Positions 1 to 13,251 of a stretch of DNA of 64,000 nucleotides are shown here, piece by piece. The position numbers and the translations under genes were made by a program. The notes under the pieces were generated by a model. It saw only the letters and a program-made list of their open reading frames with translations, was not told the DNA's origin and searched no databases. Source of the stretch: Moniliella sp. 'wahieum' (lineage: Eukaryota); NCBI GenBank assembly GCA_003971905.1, contig RSEE01000029.1:496001-560000 (forward strand), written 5' to 3'. The stretch's first letter is position 1. Each line of letters opens with the position of its first letter.

Positions 1-343
1 TTCGGCGGATGCGCGGGGGGTGGAGGAGACGTTCCGTGCGAGTCGGGTGTGAAGCTTGAAGCTTGAAGCTTGAAGGTGATAGCAGGATGCATGAAACGTG
101 AAACGTGAAGAAGGTAACAGAGGGCTTGGTCGACTCGACAGAGACCGTATCAACTGCCTCGCCAGAGGGGTAGGGGGTAGGGGGAGGAATCTACACCTGT
201 GTAGAGGTAGGAGCGCAAGGTGGACTATAGGTTTATGTTGTGCCATGCCTACCCCCATCGACCGCATCCTTCCACGCGCCCGTACCGGTTACCGACTCTT
301 TCTTTACACTATCCAATTCAATTTAACCCTTGGCACAAAGGAT

Positions 344-463
344 GACAGGTGCAATCTCCCTAGCCAAGGGGAATGGACAGGTGCGATCTCCCTAGCCAAT
401 GTGACTGGACAAGGTACAATCTCGCTAGCAAATGTGACTGGACAAGTGCATCTCGCTAACCAA
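344..463. repeat. ~32-33 bp minisatellite, about 3.7 copies (GACAGGTGCAATCTCCCTAGCCAATGTGACTG-like)
   Basis: Units start at about 344, 376, 408 and 441; lies just downstream of the Zn2Cys6 gene. Confidence 0.85.
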
Positions 464-502
464 GACCGCTACCGCGTACCGGCACTCCCGTCCCCTTATA
501 CC

Positions 503-644
503 TCACGTGTGTCGCGGGGGGTTGTGGTGGGAGGCCGAACCAGCCGAACCGGGCGCTTGGTGATAGAGTGTAAACCCACGAGGCTTTGCACGAGGGTTGG
601 GCGTACGCTTAGCCTCCGACGGAGACAGGGACTTAGACGGAGAC

Positions 645-727
<83 letters not shown>

Positions 728-3700
728 CGGATCGTTAAGGCCAGGACTGGGCACCGACGGAGACGGGGTCCTCCTTGATCCTGATCCCTCGTTCTCGTTC
801 TCGTTCTCGTTCTCGGTTGTTCCTGTTTGTGGTGTAGGAGATGGAGGGTACGGAGCAGGAAGGACGTTTGGGTAGGAGACACGTCGCGCAGGAAGGATGT
901 TTGGGTAGGAAGCACGTCGCGCATCGTTCCGTATCTCCTTGGACTCTGCAACGGGAGAGGTAGGTCCATCCTCGTGCCCGGGGGCAAGGTAAGGTGCGCG
1001 GGGAGGAGCAGAGGGGCCAGGATCAAGATCACGGTCAGGACCAAAGTCAGGATCAAGGGCGGTAGGACTAAGCTCCTGCTGCTCCGGACGCTTCTCGGGC
1101 TCGACCTCGGGGTGGATGAGGTCCGAGGAGAGGGTAACGTCCGTGTGTGCCTGTTCCTGGGCAAGGGCAGGAGCAGGAGCAGGGGGTGCTGTTTGAGCAA
1201 CAGGTGTTGTAAGTGAGCATGAGCTGGTCGAGTCGGACAGCAAAATGGTCGGTATCGTGCGCAGCATCGGCACATTGAGTCAAGGCGGAAATGATACCTC
1301 GTACCTCATCGTTTCTTCCCCCTCCTACCAGGCGCGCACCGGCATGGAAAAAGCCCGCGCGCATCAAGCCCGGGTCCACTTGTAGGTACCGTTGGGCGGC
1401 CATGGTTTGGGCCACCATCGCGATGCGTCCGGCCAACTCGATGGCAGCACGACGGATGAGCGCACGCAGTTCGTCCGCCCGTTCGCTCTGCTCGGGCACA
1501 GCGAGAGGATTTAGGCCAGCAGGACCGGACGCTAAGCCCGTCGGACCTGGCGCGTTGGACCCAGCGTGTCGCCCGCCACGGCGATCCCATGTTCGTTCAC
1601 TACGCAGCTCAACGCGATCCAGGTAGCGGCATAGACCACTTCGATAAAGCACGCTTGGAACACGGTGGTCAAATCCCAGGACGAGGGCCAAGCTGGGGGC
1701 ACGCCTACGGCGGCCAAGTGAGCCGCTTTCCATCCATGTACCGCCGCGACGGCCGTTTCGAGCGCACTGAGTTGGACACCTTGCTTCATTGCGCGAGGGG
1801 ACCAAATGGTAGTGTAGAGCGTAGCGCGTACCTCGGCCAAATCCAGCACGGCCGCCACCCAGGCACCCCAGCGTCGAACGGCAGGTAAATCGGTAGGTAC
1901 GGGTGCGGGGGAAGGGGCGGAGGCTAAATCGGTCCAGACGACACCCGGGACAGGTGGGGCAAGTACATTGTAATCTTCTCTTCGAATCGCAGGGGCGGTG
2001 CGGAACATCAGGCCATCGACCGTATCGACCAACAGGCAGTGCCACCAGCACAGAACGGCCATTGCGTGTCGTGTGGCGGGTAGGCGATCGACAACATGAG
2101 CTTGGTGGAGACCCAAGGTGTGCAAGTGTTCAATCGAGGCGAGGAGAAAGGTACGTGTGTATCCATCGACGTGAGCCGACACAGCGCGCGTGACGCCGCC
2201 GTTCGTTCAGCGACCAAGCCCTGTCCGTCGCCGGGACTCAGGACCAACTGGTCGCGGGGTACGTCGATTGCGTCCCAGGAACGAGTGCGCCATTGCGGGG
2301 TATAAATGTGCATCAAGAGGCACGCCGCTGCGTGTTCCGGGGTGGCAACGACCAACGCACGACGAAGGTCAAACAGTGCCACCGTCCGAGCATGGAGCCA
2401 ATGGACAATCCGGCTGGCCCCGGCCCGCCGAAGGCGAAAGAGATCAGCTTGGGTAGGCGTCAACGTCTCCCTCGTTCTTTCAGTCGGGTATGCTCGGCGC
2501 GGAGAAACGTGGCGCACTCCTTCCGGTCCGAGTCGAGCAACGGCGCATCGGAAAAGCGAGCGCCCCAGAGAAGCACAATGGCCATCAACGCGTCCGCCTT
2601 GCCCTCGGAACTAGAACGGAAAATGCGTTCGAGCTCGGCCCGACTAAACAGCGGCCAATGCGGGTGGACGTTGGCAAAGAAACTATCAATCGCAGCATTG
2701 GCAATCTCGTGCTTGACCCGCGCCGAGGACAGGAAACTGGCCAAGCCAGGGGATAGTTCAGGGAGGTGCAGCAAAAGCGGAACGGCCGCAGCGGCACTGG
2801 GCCCAACAGCGGGCCAGTCGATCGAACCTTGGTGTTCGCCATGGTGGTGTCTAGGCCGGTCAGGCAGCGGAGACCAATCCTCTGCACCACTATCATGGTC
2901 CTGGGGGGCCAAGGGGGAGGGAGGGGTGCTAAAGAGGTAGTCGACCAGCTGACTGAATCGGTGCTCGTTGGCCTCCACTTGTGCGGGGCGACAGAGGCCG
3001 GAGAGAGGGGAGGAGAGGGGAATGGACGCGTCTCCTTTGGGCCGGAGGGGTCGGGGAATGCCTTGAACCTAACGGCAAAGGCAACGACGAGAGAGAGGGA
3101 GAGGTAGAGGTAGAGGTTGTGGGCAGGGCAGCTGTCTGAGCAGGCGGGGAGGCTGTGCCTCCCCTTCTACTGGCCTCTGCCGGGCTAGCAGGCTCTGGCC
3201 CGGGACCACGCGATGCACTACCGGACCGAGGAAGTTTGGCAGGTTTGCTGGAAGGACGACGAGACACGTTAGTTTGGGACATACAACATGAGCTAGGGAA
3301 GTGGTGTGGTGACAACGGGGTATGGTTCCTACCACAGCCAACGTACATGCAGGGGATCCGTCGTGCTGAACAAAGTGTACACTTGGCTTTACCCGGGGTA
3401 CGACAGCAGCGCACCTTGCGCCGCCGACAAGCATCGCACGCCGAGTTTTGTTTGCGAGCTGTCTGAGTGGGAACAGACGGTTCACGAACGGCGCGGCCGG
3501 GGGGCAGCTCGGAACCGAAAGATGGAGGTTCAACAGAAGCAGAAGCGGGAGGAGCAGGAGCAGGAGTGGGAGCAGAAGCCGGAGCCGGAGCAGGAGCCGG
3601 AGTAGCAGTAGCAGCAGCAGCAGCAGCAGCAGCAGCAGGGGGTGCATAAGAGCCTGTGTTCACTCCAGTGGGCCGGGGTGGGCCAGGGGCATCGAATTGG

Positions 3701-4427
3701 GTGGGCCGGGAGGCGGGGCTGGAGGGACGGGTAGGGGCTAGGATAAGAGGGAGGGTAATCGTAATCGTAGGCTTGCCGTACGTGCTCATGCTCATGGCTG
3801 CCGAGGGGGCGTGGGGCGAGTGGGCCGGGGGACCGGGGCATAGTCGTACTGGTACGCTTCGTACCGGTCGGGTGGGGGGTGGCCGTCGTAGATATCGTGG
3901 ACGGACCGCTTGCGCAGGTACGGATGGGAGGTCGGAGGGGGTGCGGGCGCCGGATGACCGGGTACGGGCAGACGAGAATGATAGTAAGCGCCCTCGACGG
4001 CGTCCCACTGCAAGGGGTAGGCATAGCTGTCGTGTGGCTCGTCGTTCCAGGGTCGGTGGTGGTGGGGGTGGTGAGAGGAGGGGGGAGGGGGATAGTACGG
4101 GGCGGAAGGGGGGTCCGCGCGCGGATGCGAGTGCGAGTGCGGGTGCGGGTGTGCAGGAGCGGCAGCAGAGGTAGCAGAGGTAGCAGAGGTAGCGGCCATG
4201 TGCGCCCCGGACGGGGCGGATAACAGTGCGGAAGAAGCAGGGTCGGTGCGGCCGGGGGGCGGAAGGTCGCCGTCGGGGTAAGGATGATGGTATTGGTAGG
4301 CAGGGTGCCAGCGCCCGCTCGGCGCTGGAGGAGCGGTGTTTGGGGTGGGGGGGTATGGGTAAGCATGTTGAGTGGGGTCCCAGCTGCGGCGGGGTGGGTG
4401 CGATGGGGGCTGGGGGCTGTGGTCCAT
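503..4427 (-). CDS. Zn(II)2Cys6 fungal transcription factor (multi-exon, broken by indels)
   Basis: CDACRRRKVRCCRTPGKAKCTLCSARRIPC binuclear cluster (~3345-3440); middle homology region AIDSFFANVHPHWPLF (2460-2978 ORF); Pro/His-rich N-terminus from the ATG at 4427; low-complexity C-terminus. Both ends approximate. Confidence 0.85.
644..726. repeat. (GAGAGT)n microsatellite, read as (His-Ser)n in the C-terminus of the transcription factor
   Basis: Directly visible; the 503..1273 ORF reads SHSHSH... Confidence 0.9.
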
Positions 4428-7400
4428 GGTGCGGGGGGGGGGGACGGGCGGCGGCAATGGAAAGAAATGGAGAGGGAGATGGACAGAGGGATGGGATGAG
4501 AGGGATGGGATGGGATGCAAAAGGGAAGCGAATGGGATGGGATGGGATGGGGCGACTAGGCGGAAGGCTGGCGCATAGGCGAGCGGTGGATTGGGGCAGA
4601 GTGGGGCGGAGTGGGGCGGAGTGACGGAGTCAGAGTGGTGTCGAGGCAGAAGAAGAGGGCTTGGGCTGCTCGGCTGGGGGAAGAAGGTGGGCCGTCCAAC
4701 AGAGACAGGGAAGCTCGCTTGAGGCACTAGGTCTTAGGGGTTGGGTGAGGTCAAGTTAGGCCGTAGGCCGTACGGCAGTAGAAGGGTGCCTTGTGCCACC
4801 GCTCTGCAAGCCCAGAGAGCAGTACGCCACGGTGTCTCTCACTCCTCAGAACTCAGATCTCAGATATCACCCCTCTCACACATCCAAGCTCTTCCCCGAT
4901 CGGCCCTCGGGCATCATCTAAACTATCATCACCCATCCCACGTGGCACACAGTGGCTGGCGCCCGCCCCATCGAGTACGCCTATATTATCGACCCTAGTA
5001 GTACACTCAGGCCTGAAGGAGACAGGACGCACTCAATACGCACAGGGTTGCTATTAGCTGGTTACTAGTTACTGTGGTGGTACTAGAGTGCTAGCTGCTC
5101 ACCATGACGTGCATGATGAGTGACGATAATGAATCAGGCCGTGCGGCAGCCCGCCACACGCTGCCGCACGGAGGGAGAGTTGGACGTTGATCGTGACGGA
5201 GTGATCAAGAATCGGAGGTGTGGGCTGGAGAGATGGAAAGGGCCCTCGGTGCCGGGAGCTTGGTCGGAGCTAATTTAGCGCTTAGCGCTTGTTTCGCACC
5301 TGGAATTGCAGCGTTCCCCCATTCAAAATGGTCCCTTGGAAAGCTTGAAGTTTGATGGAGCAAGGGAGCGTGGAGCCACACTACGCCAGGCCATGCCTGC
5401 GCCCGCTAGGCCCTGTTAGGGCTGGGATCTAAAAGATCAATAGGGCGGCCCCTCCGATCGGGCCGTCCGTCGACACAGCAGGGACGTCGATCTCCAGCCT
5501 TCTCCAGCCGCTCCAGGGAAGCAATCACATGTCACACCCATCACCAGGGACTTGTGCCTGTCACATGTCAGTGCACCCGTGCCCCCCCAGCCGTATGTGC
5601 CCTCCTGAGAGTTCAACGTTGTACATTTTACGTTACGCGTTGCGCGTTACGCGTTACCGCGTTACCGGTTACCGGTTACCCAATTTCCCGTTGAATTTCT
5701 TGCAAGCATCTGGCATCCCAGCACAGACAACTCCAGGGCCTGTCCAGGCTCCACTCCCCCCTCGCCACTCCCCCCCGCCACTCGCCACTCGCCACTCGTC
5801 ACACCGCCACAATGCATCGCTCTCGTGCGCTCTCCAGTCTCCGCTTTCGCTTCCGTATCGCCGCACGGCCCCACCGCCACCCGCTCTGTGGCAGAAAAAA
5901 GGGTCACATGGGGTCACAAGGGTCGTCGGTGCCACGGGTGTCACCGGTCACCGGTCACCCATCATCGATCTCCACGACCCAGGGGGCCCAGAGGACTCGT
6001 ACGCAGTACGCAGGGCTCAGTACGTCAGTACGTCCAACGAACCGTCAGTACGTCAGTACTGAGACTCAGTACGCAATACCAGTACTTGCATTTGTACACA
6101 ACCCTCTCCTCAGTACATGCCCAGTGCCCAATCCTCAAAAAGAAGAGTACTGGAACCTACTCAACGTACTCAACGTAACGTTCAATTGAATAATGAACGC
6201 CACCCGAGACCCTCCCCTTCCCTTCGGCAGCGCCTTCCGCTGCCCTGGAGGAGCGGAAGAAGCCTCTCGTCGGCAAGGCAGACCGACTGGTACGTATACT
6301 CTGCCCGCAGCAAGTCCTCAGGCCTTCGCTCCTCCAGCACCTCCACAACCTCCAGCACCTCCACAACCTCCAGCACCCCATCCTTCACCATGGCCGATGG
6401 GCGCATCCAGCTGCACACGGGTGCTTAGCCAAAGCCTGCCTACACGCCAAGCGTTTACTAGCTTGTAGCAAAGCTTAATAGCGCTTACTGGATCATATAC
6501 TGGTGCCCGCAGCGGGCACAGTGCTGTGTGGTGCGGGGGACCGTCGGCACCTGGACCTGCCTGGACCCGTGCGCCGGTGCACGGGCCGTGGCGCCCGGGC
6601 CCAGACCCCTCCAGCGACCCTGTAACGGCGAACCGGAAAACGTTAAAACTTGTTCCGCCGTACGACGTTGACGAGATTCAGCAGTTCACACCATTAAACG
6701 TTAACCCTCCGTTTGTTAACCCTCCGTCAACAGCCTGTATACATTTCTACTACGGTCCGATAACTCAACACTCAACGTTCAACGACCCAAAGTCCAGCGC
6801 CCAATAACGTCCAAAACGTTCGACTAGGGGAACGCACAACGCGGTGTGCTGCCAATTTCCAACCGAGAGCTCCGTTTGAATGTATTTTGAACGTGTGTCC
6901 AACGCAAACCGCCGAGATGGTGGTTGCGGCACACACAAAAGGGCGTACCGCGCAGCGCGTAAGCGCTGCTCAGCTTGAAGCTTGATCGAGGATCCGAGTC
7001 TGAAGAGGACGTCGGGTGCTTCAGCGCTTGGGTTATCCATTGTGAAGCTTGAACCCTCCTCAGCACCTTTGGACCTTATATTAGCGTTGCACACGAAGCG
7101 CGTCAGCTGAGATGTTGCGTCGGTTTTTTTCCCTTGTGGAAACATGTGCAAGCGCAAGTGTCGGTTAGCGGCTGTAGTGGACTATGCTCCGTTGGTGCAT
7201 GATGTATGATGTGTGATGAATGGTGTTTTCTGGATCCTTGGATCCTTTTGGGCTTGCAGCTTTAAATTTGAGCGCACATTTAAGGTTTGCCCGAATCACG
7301 GATTCAGACAGGGTGTGCATGGGTGCTTTTAGGCCTTAGTCTGCCTTCGTTCAGCGCTCAGCTCAGCCAAGCGTAGCCTTTGTAGGCCTTATTTGTAGCC

Positions 7401-7829
7401 TAGGGCGTTTTTAGGGTTCTACGATCCTAATATCTCAACCCAGATCTCGAGCTTCTCAACACGCCAAAAAATCTTATGATCGTGATCCCATTGTGTATCT
7501 GCATTTTGCCGTTTACCAATCCCAAGCACAAATCTATTTCCTACGTGCGAATTGCTCTGTTGGACCCCTCACGCTGAGGCCCAGGCTCAGGGCTTCAGGG
7601 TCCTCATGACCTCATGTTTTCACGCTCCGCGTCGGAGATCATCGATCATCGATCCTAGCACTAGCGATCTGTTTTACTGCATCAAGCTTCAAAAGCTTCA
7701 AGCTTCCAGCTTCGCATGCCCCATGCCACATGTCGCACTGGGGCGCGTCTGTGCCACAGGTAGTATACGTTCGGCCGAACAAGACCGACAACTGAGGCCG
7801 AGAGCCTACTTCTTATATACTGTTGGGCT

Positions 7830-8486
7830 TACATGTTACACAAGAGATTAAAAGTACACGGCGACCACAAGACCCGCTGGGCTTGCAGAGAGGACCTGAG
7901 GAACGTTGCAATGGAGGCGGGCAGTGTGATCCGGAGCAAGGGAAAACCCATGGTGGCCGCTCCCTGTTGCACATCAAACACGCGCACCGCCCCGTTCGCA
8001 TACCCTGTATACAGATGGTTCCCATTCGAGCTGTACTAAGCACCGATCCCACCTCGGACGACGGAGGTAGGAGATCGTGGAAGAAAACGTGTGGCTCACC
8101 TGCTGTGTGCGCCAAGAGCTCAACGCGACCATCGTCCGTGCCAGGCCAAGGGCCAGCGCAGGTGCATCAGCAGGGTTGACGTGCTGGAAGGTCGTATTGA
8201 TGGGGCGTGTGGGGGCGCGGGGGGCAGGCCTGGAGCGAGGCAGCGTACACGCACGTCTGTAAGCTCCAAGTCGCGGACAAGAGTGGGCCGTGTGGCCCGA
8301 CGCGGTAGTAAGGGCAGAGGCAGGTGGGGAAAAGAGGAGAAGACTCGTACCGGGTCCTTGCTCGTATGGGCCTTGGGGTAAGTAGCCAACAGGCTCATGT
8401 CGGTGCAACTGCAAGTAACTCGGTGTGCCTTTGATTCCCCGGCGGGACGGTCGTCGTACTTCGGGCGCCGCTGTGGACTTGACCAT
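7830..8486 (-). CDS. Possible short WD40-repeat-containing gene or gene fragment
   Basis: Minus strand at ~7965-8030 reads SNGNHLYTGYANGAVRVFDVQQG, a WD-like blade. Candidate GTACGA and GTGAGC donors are present, and the ATG at 8486 is divergent from the gene at 8899. The frame cannot be closed without assuming indels. Confidence 0.3.
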
Positions 8487-8898
8487 GTGGTAGTTGGGTT
8501 GAGGCGACGAAGATGCGGAAGAGGGGGCAGCAAGCGCAGCCCAGCAGGCAAGAAAGCAAGGAACTATCAACGCAATCGGACAGCTGGGTCTGTGTTATAG
8601 CCGCTGTGATGGGGTGGGTGTGGCACTGGGGTGGTCGACGGGCTGGGGTGGGTCATCATTTGGGGCTTCACAAAAAAAACGGCAGGCCCCGTGCCGGAGC
8701 GCCTTGGTCGGCTGGTATCGCCAACTTGAATGTTTCTCCTTTGCACGCACATCGTAAAGTACCCCACGGCCGAAAACATTGCAAAAACAACGCTGGGTTT
8801 TGCCCAGCCGCCCCGCTCCATTAGGTAAGCAGACTCGCAGCGCGTCGCGTTGGCGGCCCAGAGCAGGAGAGGGTCAACTCGCCACGCGCCACCAACCC

Positions 8899-10473
8899 AT
8901 GTCGTCCAACCCGCCCAAGTTCTGGCCCTGCGTCCGAGCGGTCTTCGCGTCGCAGCTCTGCCCATGCATCTCGCGCAGCAAGTGCGGCGGAGCGTGCACG
9001 GCTGCAGGCTTCGTTGGATCAGTTGCGAGAGGCCAATGACGCGTTGCGGTCCGAGGTGGAGCAGTTGCGCAGGGAGCAACAGCCTCCCCTTGCTGCTCCA
9101 CCAACAGGGGACGAGGTGGTATCCGACGACCAGATTGAGAAGCTTCTGTCCCAGTTGGATGACAATGCCTTGTTCGTGCCTTGCCCTGCCTTGCCTTGCC
9201 TTGCCTTTCTTGTTTTGTGAGGGCGCTGACCCTTTGGCAGGACGGCGTTGCTCTCCCACAACGACCAGGTCATGCTCCACCAACTCCTTGGTTCCGAGCC
9301 TGCGACAACCGAAGATCCCTCCATGGCATCAACAGCTGCAAAGGCATTTGCCGCCATCCCCGCTCCAGCCCTGAGCGCAGGAATTGAAGGTGTGGGCTCA
9401 GGGCTGGAAATTGACTATCGCCTGGCCACAGGAGAGGCGGATGGCGAAGGTCATGTGCTCAAGAGGAGGAAATTAAGTGAAAAGCCCAGTGAGGCCTGGA
9501 TGGAGGAATGGCTTACCGCTCGCCGGAGAAGGGGAGAAAAGTTGCTGTCGACCTTGGAAAGCTATACCGGACTCACCATTGATGCGGTACAACAGTCCCC
9601 AACCCCGAGCTCTTCCCAACAGGCCTCTTCCTCCTCCGTCTCGGTCCGCGGTACGGTTGCCCATGTTGGCCCGGTTGAAGTATCGTTTGATGTGCTTCGT
9701 TTTGGTGCTGGAACGGCGCCTCGTGTGGAGCGGTGGAAATTGGTTTGCCTACGGCTGTGCGGACAGCCATTGAGCAAGACGGCCATTTGGAAAGGTGCGC
9801 CCTTATGGCCCATGGGCTTCGACTGGTTATCCCGTGCTAACTTGTTGTTCTGATTCAGGCTTGTGAGTGAGACCAACCTACCCTCGATCTTTATGACGCT
9901 TTCCTCGCTTGTGGAGGGGGCTGCAGCGCGGCGCAAGGTGTTTGCCGCGATCCGGTCCAGGGTGCAGCTCAGCGCTCCCGATGCTCACGTGGCCAACGAT
10001 ACTGAGCTGGGGTTGGACAACGAGACACTGGATTTGACGAACGAGCAAGACGTGCAGAAGTGGTATGACCCTGCCACGGCCGAGACCTTGGTCTTGCGCA
10101 ACGCTCGGTGCGTCCATTCCCATTCTCGGACGTTGGTAGTAAACTAACACGAACACGCTAAACCTGGACAGAGGCACCGAACTTCGCTTCCACTATCGTT
10201 TGACGTTTGACTACTTTGGTCGTGGTTTACGGAGCGTGACACTGGAGCCCTGGCTTCCACCAGCTAGTATGTGTGTATTCGAGTGTGCTTGCGACCGCGC
10301 TGACCTGTTTCTCGCCAGTGCGCAATACTCAGACGGCCGAGATTCTGGGGCCTATGCCCGAGGCGTTTGCCAAACTGGCCAGGGAGAAGCCGGGGATTGA
10401 GGGGGTGCCAGACACAGCTGTTCTGGCCGACATTGTGCTCAACTTTGCGACACACTTTTTCGGGGCAACATGA
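8899..10473 (+). CDS. CENP-P/Ctf19-like inner kinetochore (CCAN) protein, multi-exon
   Basis: N-terminal coiled coil (LDQLREANDALRSEVEQLRRE), then LESYTGLTI, VSVRGTVAHVGPVEVSFDV, NLPSIFMTLSSLVEGAAARRKVFAAIRSR, ELRFHYRLTFDYFG and MPEAFAKL. This follows the order of CENP-P double-RWD motifs as I recall them. Confidence 0.55.
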
Positions 10474-10901
10474 CCGCCTGCCCAACGGCAGCTAGTACCT
10501 GGAATGGTTCATGAGTGATGGCGTGTCCCATTCGGTCGGTGCACGAGCTGGTCTCCCTCTTGTAACGTCCATTTCATTGGCAGACTTAAGAAGGCTGGGA
10601 CAGGGGAACGCCTCTTGTATACGAAAGTCAAGCAGGTCTCGGCAGGGCAGAGGGAAACGCGAAGGCTAGCTAGGGTTGTCCCCGGCCGCTATGCATTACC
10701 ATTGCCCATTAGTAATAAATGAAATGTAAGAGCACCGACACTGCCGCGGTGCCTGTGTTGGGTGCTGGGACCGGCTGGGCATTGGCAGGCTTTGTTTGGC
10801 TTTGCGATCCAACCTCCTCGCCGCTTCCTGTCGCTCTGCCCGCCATCCCCACATCCCTATCCCGCTGCCCCGACCCTAGTCCCCCCCGAACGCTGCCCGT
10901 C

Positions 10902-13251
10902 ATGCTGCGCCCCTCGATCGCCACCACGGGACGTCTGTCCCTGCGCCGCCCCCGTGTGCGCACGCACCGCTGCCGCGGCCCCCGCCTCCTCTCCACCTCG
11001 GCCCGCGCCGCGCAGGCCACCCCGGCCGACATCAAGATGGTCAAGCTCACCGTCGATGGCAAGGAGGTCGAGGTGCCACAAGGGTACGGTTTCTCTTTCA
11101 TGTTCACATTTCTCCCCCCCCCCCCCGCCTCTGCGCACCTAACCCTCCCCTTCCCGCCTGTATGCTGTTACTAACTGCCTGTGCAGGACGGCGCTGATCC
11201 AAGCGTGCGAGCAGGCCGGTGCCCAGATCCCGCGGTTCTGCTACCACGAGCGCCTCAACGTCGCTGGCAATTGCCGTATGTGTCTTGTAGAGAGCAAGGG
11301 TGCGCCCAAACCGTTGGCTTCCTGTGCGTTTCCCGCCATGCCGGGGCAGGTGATCAGCACCACCTCGGCCAAGGTCAACTCGTGGCGAGAAGGGGTGATG
11401 GAGTTCCTCTTGTCCAACCACCCGCTTGACTGTCCCATTTGCGATTGGGGTGGGGAATGTGACCTGCAGGACCAGTCGATGCGCTACGGTGCGGACCGTG
11501 GCCGGTTCCACGAAGTCAAGGGAAGCGAGCGGTTGAGGACAAGTACATGGGACCGTTGGTCAAGACGGTGATGACGCGGTGCATTCACTGTACCCGTTGT
11601 GTGCGTTTCTCCAACGAGATTGCGGGTGTGCAGGAGATGGGGACGACGGGACGAGGGAACGATTTGCAGATTGGCATGTGTGGAACAGGTGCTCAACTCG
11701 GAACTGTCGGGCAACGTGATTGATCTGTGTCCGGTGGGTGCACTGACGAGCAAACCGGTGCGTTCCATTCGCGTCCATGGGAATTGAAGAACCGGAATCG
11801 ATTGATGTGCTTGACGCGGTTGGGTCGAACATTCGTGTGGATTCGCGTGGCGTACAGGTCATGCGCGTCTTGCCGCGCACCAATGACGATGTGAACGAGG
11901 AATGGATCAATGACAAGACGCGCTTTGCTGTCGATGGTCTCAAGTACCAGCGCCTTACCGCCCCGCTCATTAAACAGGGCGACCGTTTCGTCCCAGCCAC
12001 CTGGCCCGAGGCACTAGCGTCCATTGCTGCCGGGTTGATCTCGACCCAGGCGGAGGGAAATGAGATCAAGGCGGTGGCAGGTGCTTTGGCAGACACCGAG
12101 TCGCTCGCTGCGCTCAAGGACCTAGTGAACCGTCTTGGTTCCGACAACACTGTTGTTGACCTGCCCGGCGGCGACAAGCCGAGCATCAACGGTGTCGATA
12201 TTCGTTTCCAACTACTCGTTCAACGCTGGCATTGCTGGTATTGAGGATGCGGATGTGGTTCTGTTGGTCGGAACCAGTCCGCGGCACGAAGGCACGTTGG
12301 TCAATGCCCGACTGCGCAAGGCCTTCCTCCGTCTGGGTCAGGACTTGGGCTTGGTAGGCGAGCCAGAAGACTTGACGTACGACTATGCTCATGTGGGCAC
12401 GGACGCGACGGCGCTGCAGGAGGTTCTGACGGGCTCTTCGGAGTTGCTCAAAAGTTCCAGGCGGCCAAGAAGCCCATGATCATCGTTGGCAGTGCCGTGT
12501 TGGAAACCCGGATGGCAAGCACATTCTCAGTGGCATTGCTCAGCACATTAAGGATCATCAAGACCAATTCCTCACGCCCGAGTGGAACGGATTGAGCCTG
12601 CTGCAACGCACGGCCTCCCGCAACGGTGCGAACGAGCTTGGCTTTGCTCCCTCTCCGGAAGCTGAGAAGACGGAACCCAAGTTCATTTACCTACTCAACG
12701 CAGACGACTTTGACCCTGCTTCGATCCCCGAGGAGGCATTTGTAGTGTACCAAGGCCACCACGGCGACGTGGGTGCGCAGTATGCGGACGTGGTCCTGCC
12801 CGGTGCGGCGTACACCGAGAAGAGCGTGACTACGTCAACACCGAGGGCCGCACTCAGCTTACCCGTGCCGCTGTGCCACCGCCTGGGGCGAGCCGGAGGA
12901 CTGGAAGATTGGACGGGCGCTGTCCGAGGTGCTGGGTGTAACGCTACCGTACGACAGTACGCTGGAGCTGCGGGACCGGCTGTTTGACCTGTCTCCGACG
13001 CTGGTGCGGTACGATGTTGCGGAACCACTGGTCCTGCCACGGCGCTGTTGGGTCTGGACCAGCTGATTGCCGGTGGCAGCCTGGCCGAGGCCAAGAGTGT
13101 GCCGCTGGTCAATCCGATCAAGAACTTTTACCAGACCGACCCGATCAGCCGTGCGTCGCCAACGATGGTCAAGTGCGTCAAGGCCTTTATTGAGAAACTG
13201 CCGCAGGAGCAGATTGAGGATCCGCTGCCACCCCATGCGCGTCTTGGGTAA
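10902..13251 (+). CDS. NDUFS1: NADH:ubiquinone oxidoreductase 75 kDa subunit (complex I)
   Basis: Arg-rich presequence; [77 protein letters not shown]; intron ~11083-11187; several indels. Confidence 0.97.

Noticed and set aside
50..75. GAAGCTT repeats as heat-shock elements
   Set aside because: HSEs need alternating nGAAn units with a 5-bp period; these have a 7-bp period and belong to the broader palindromic class
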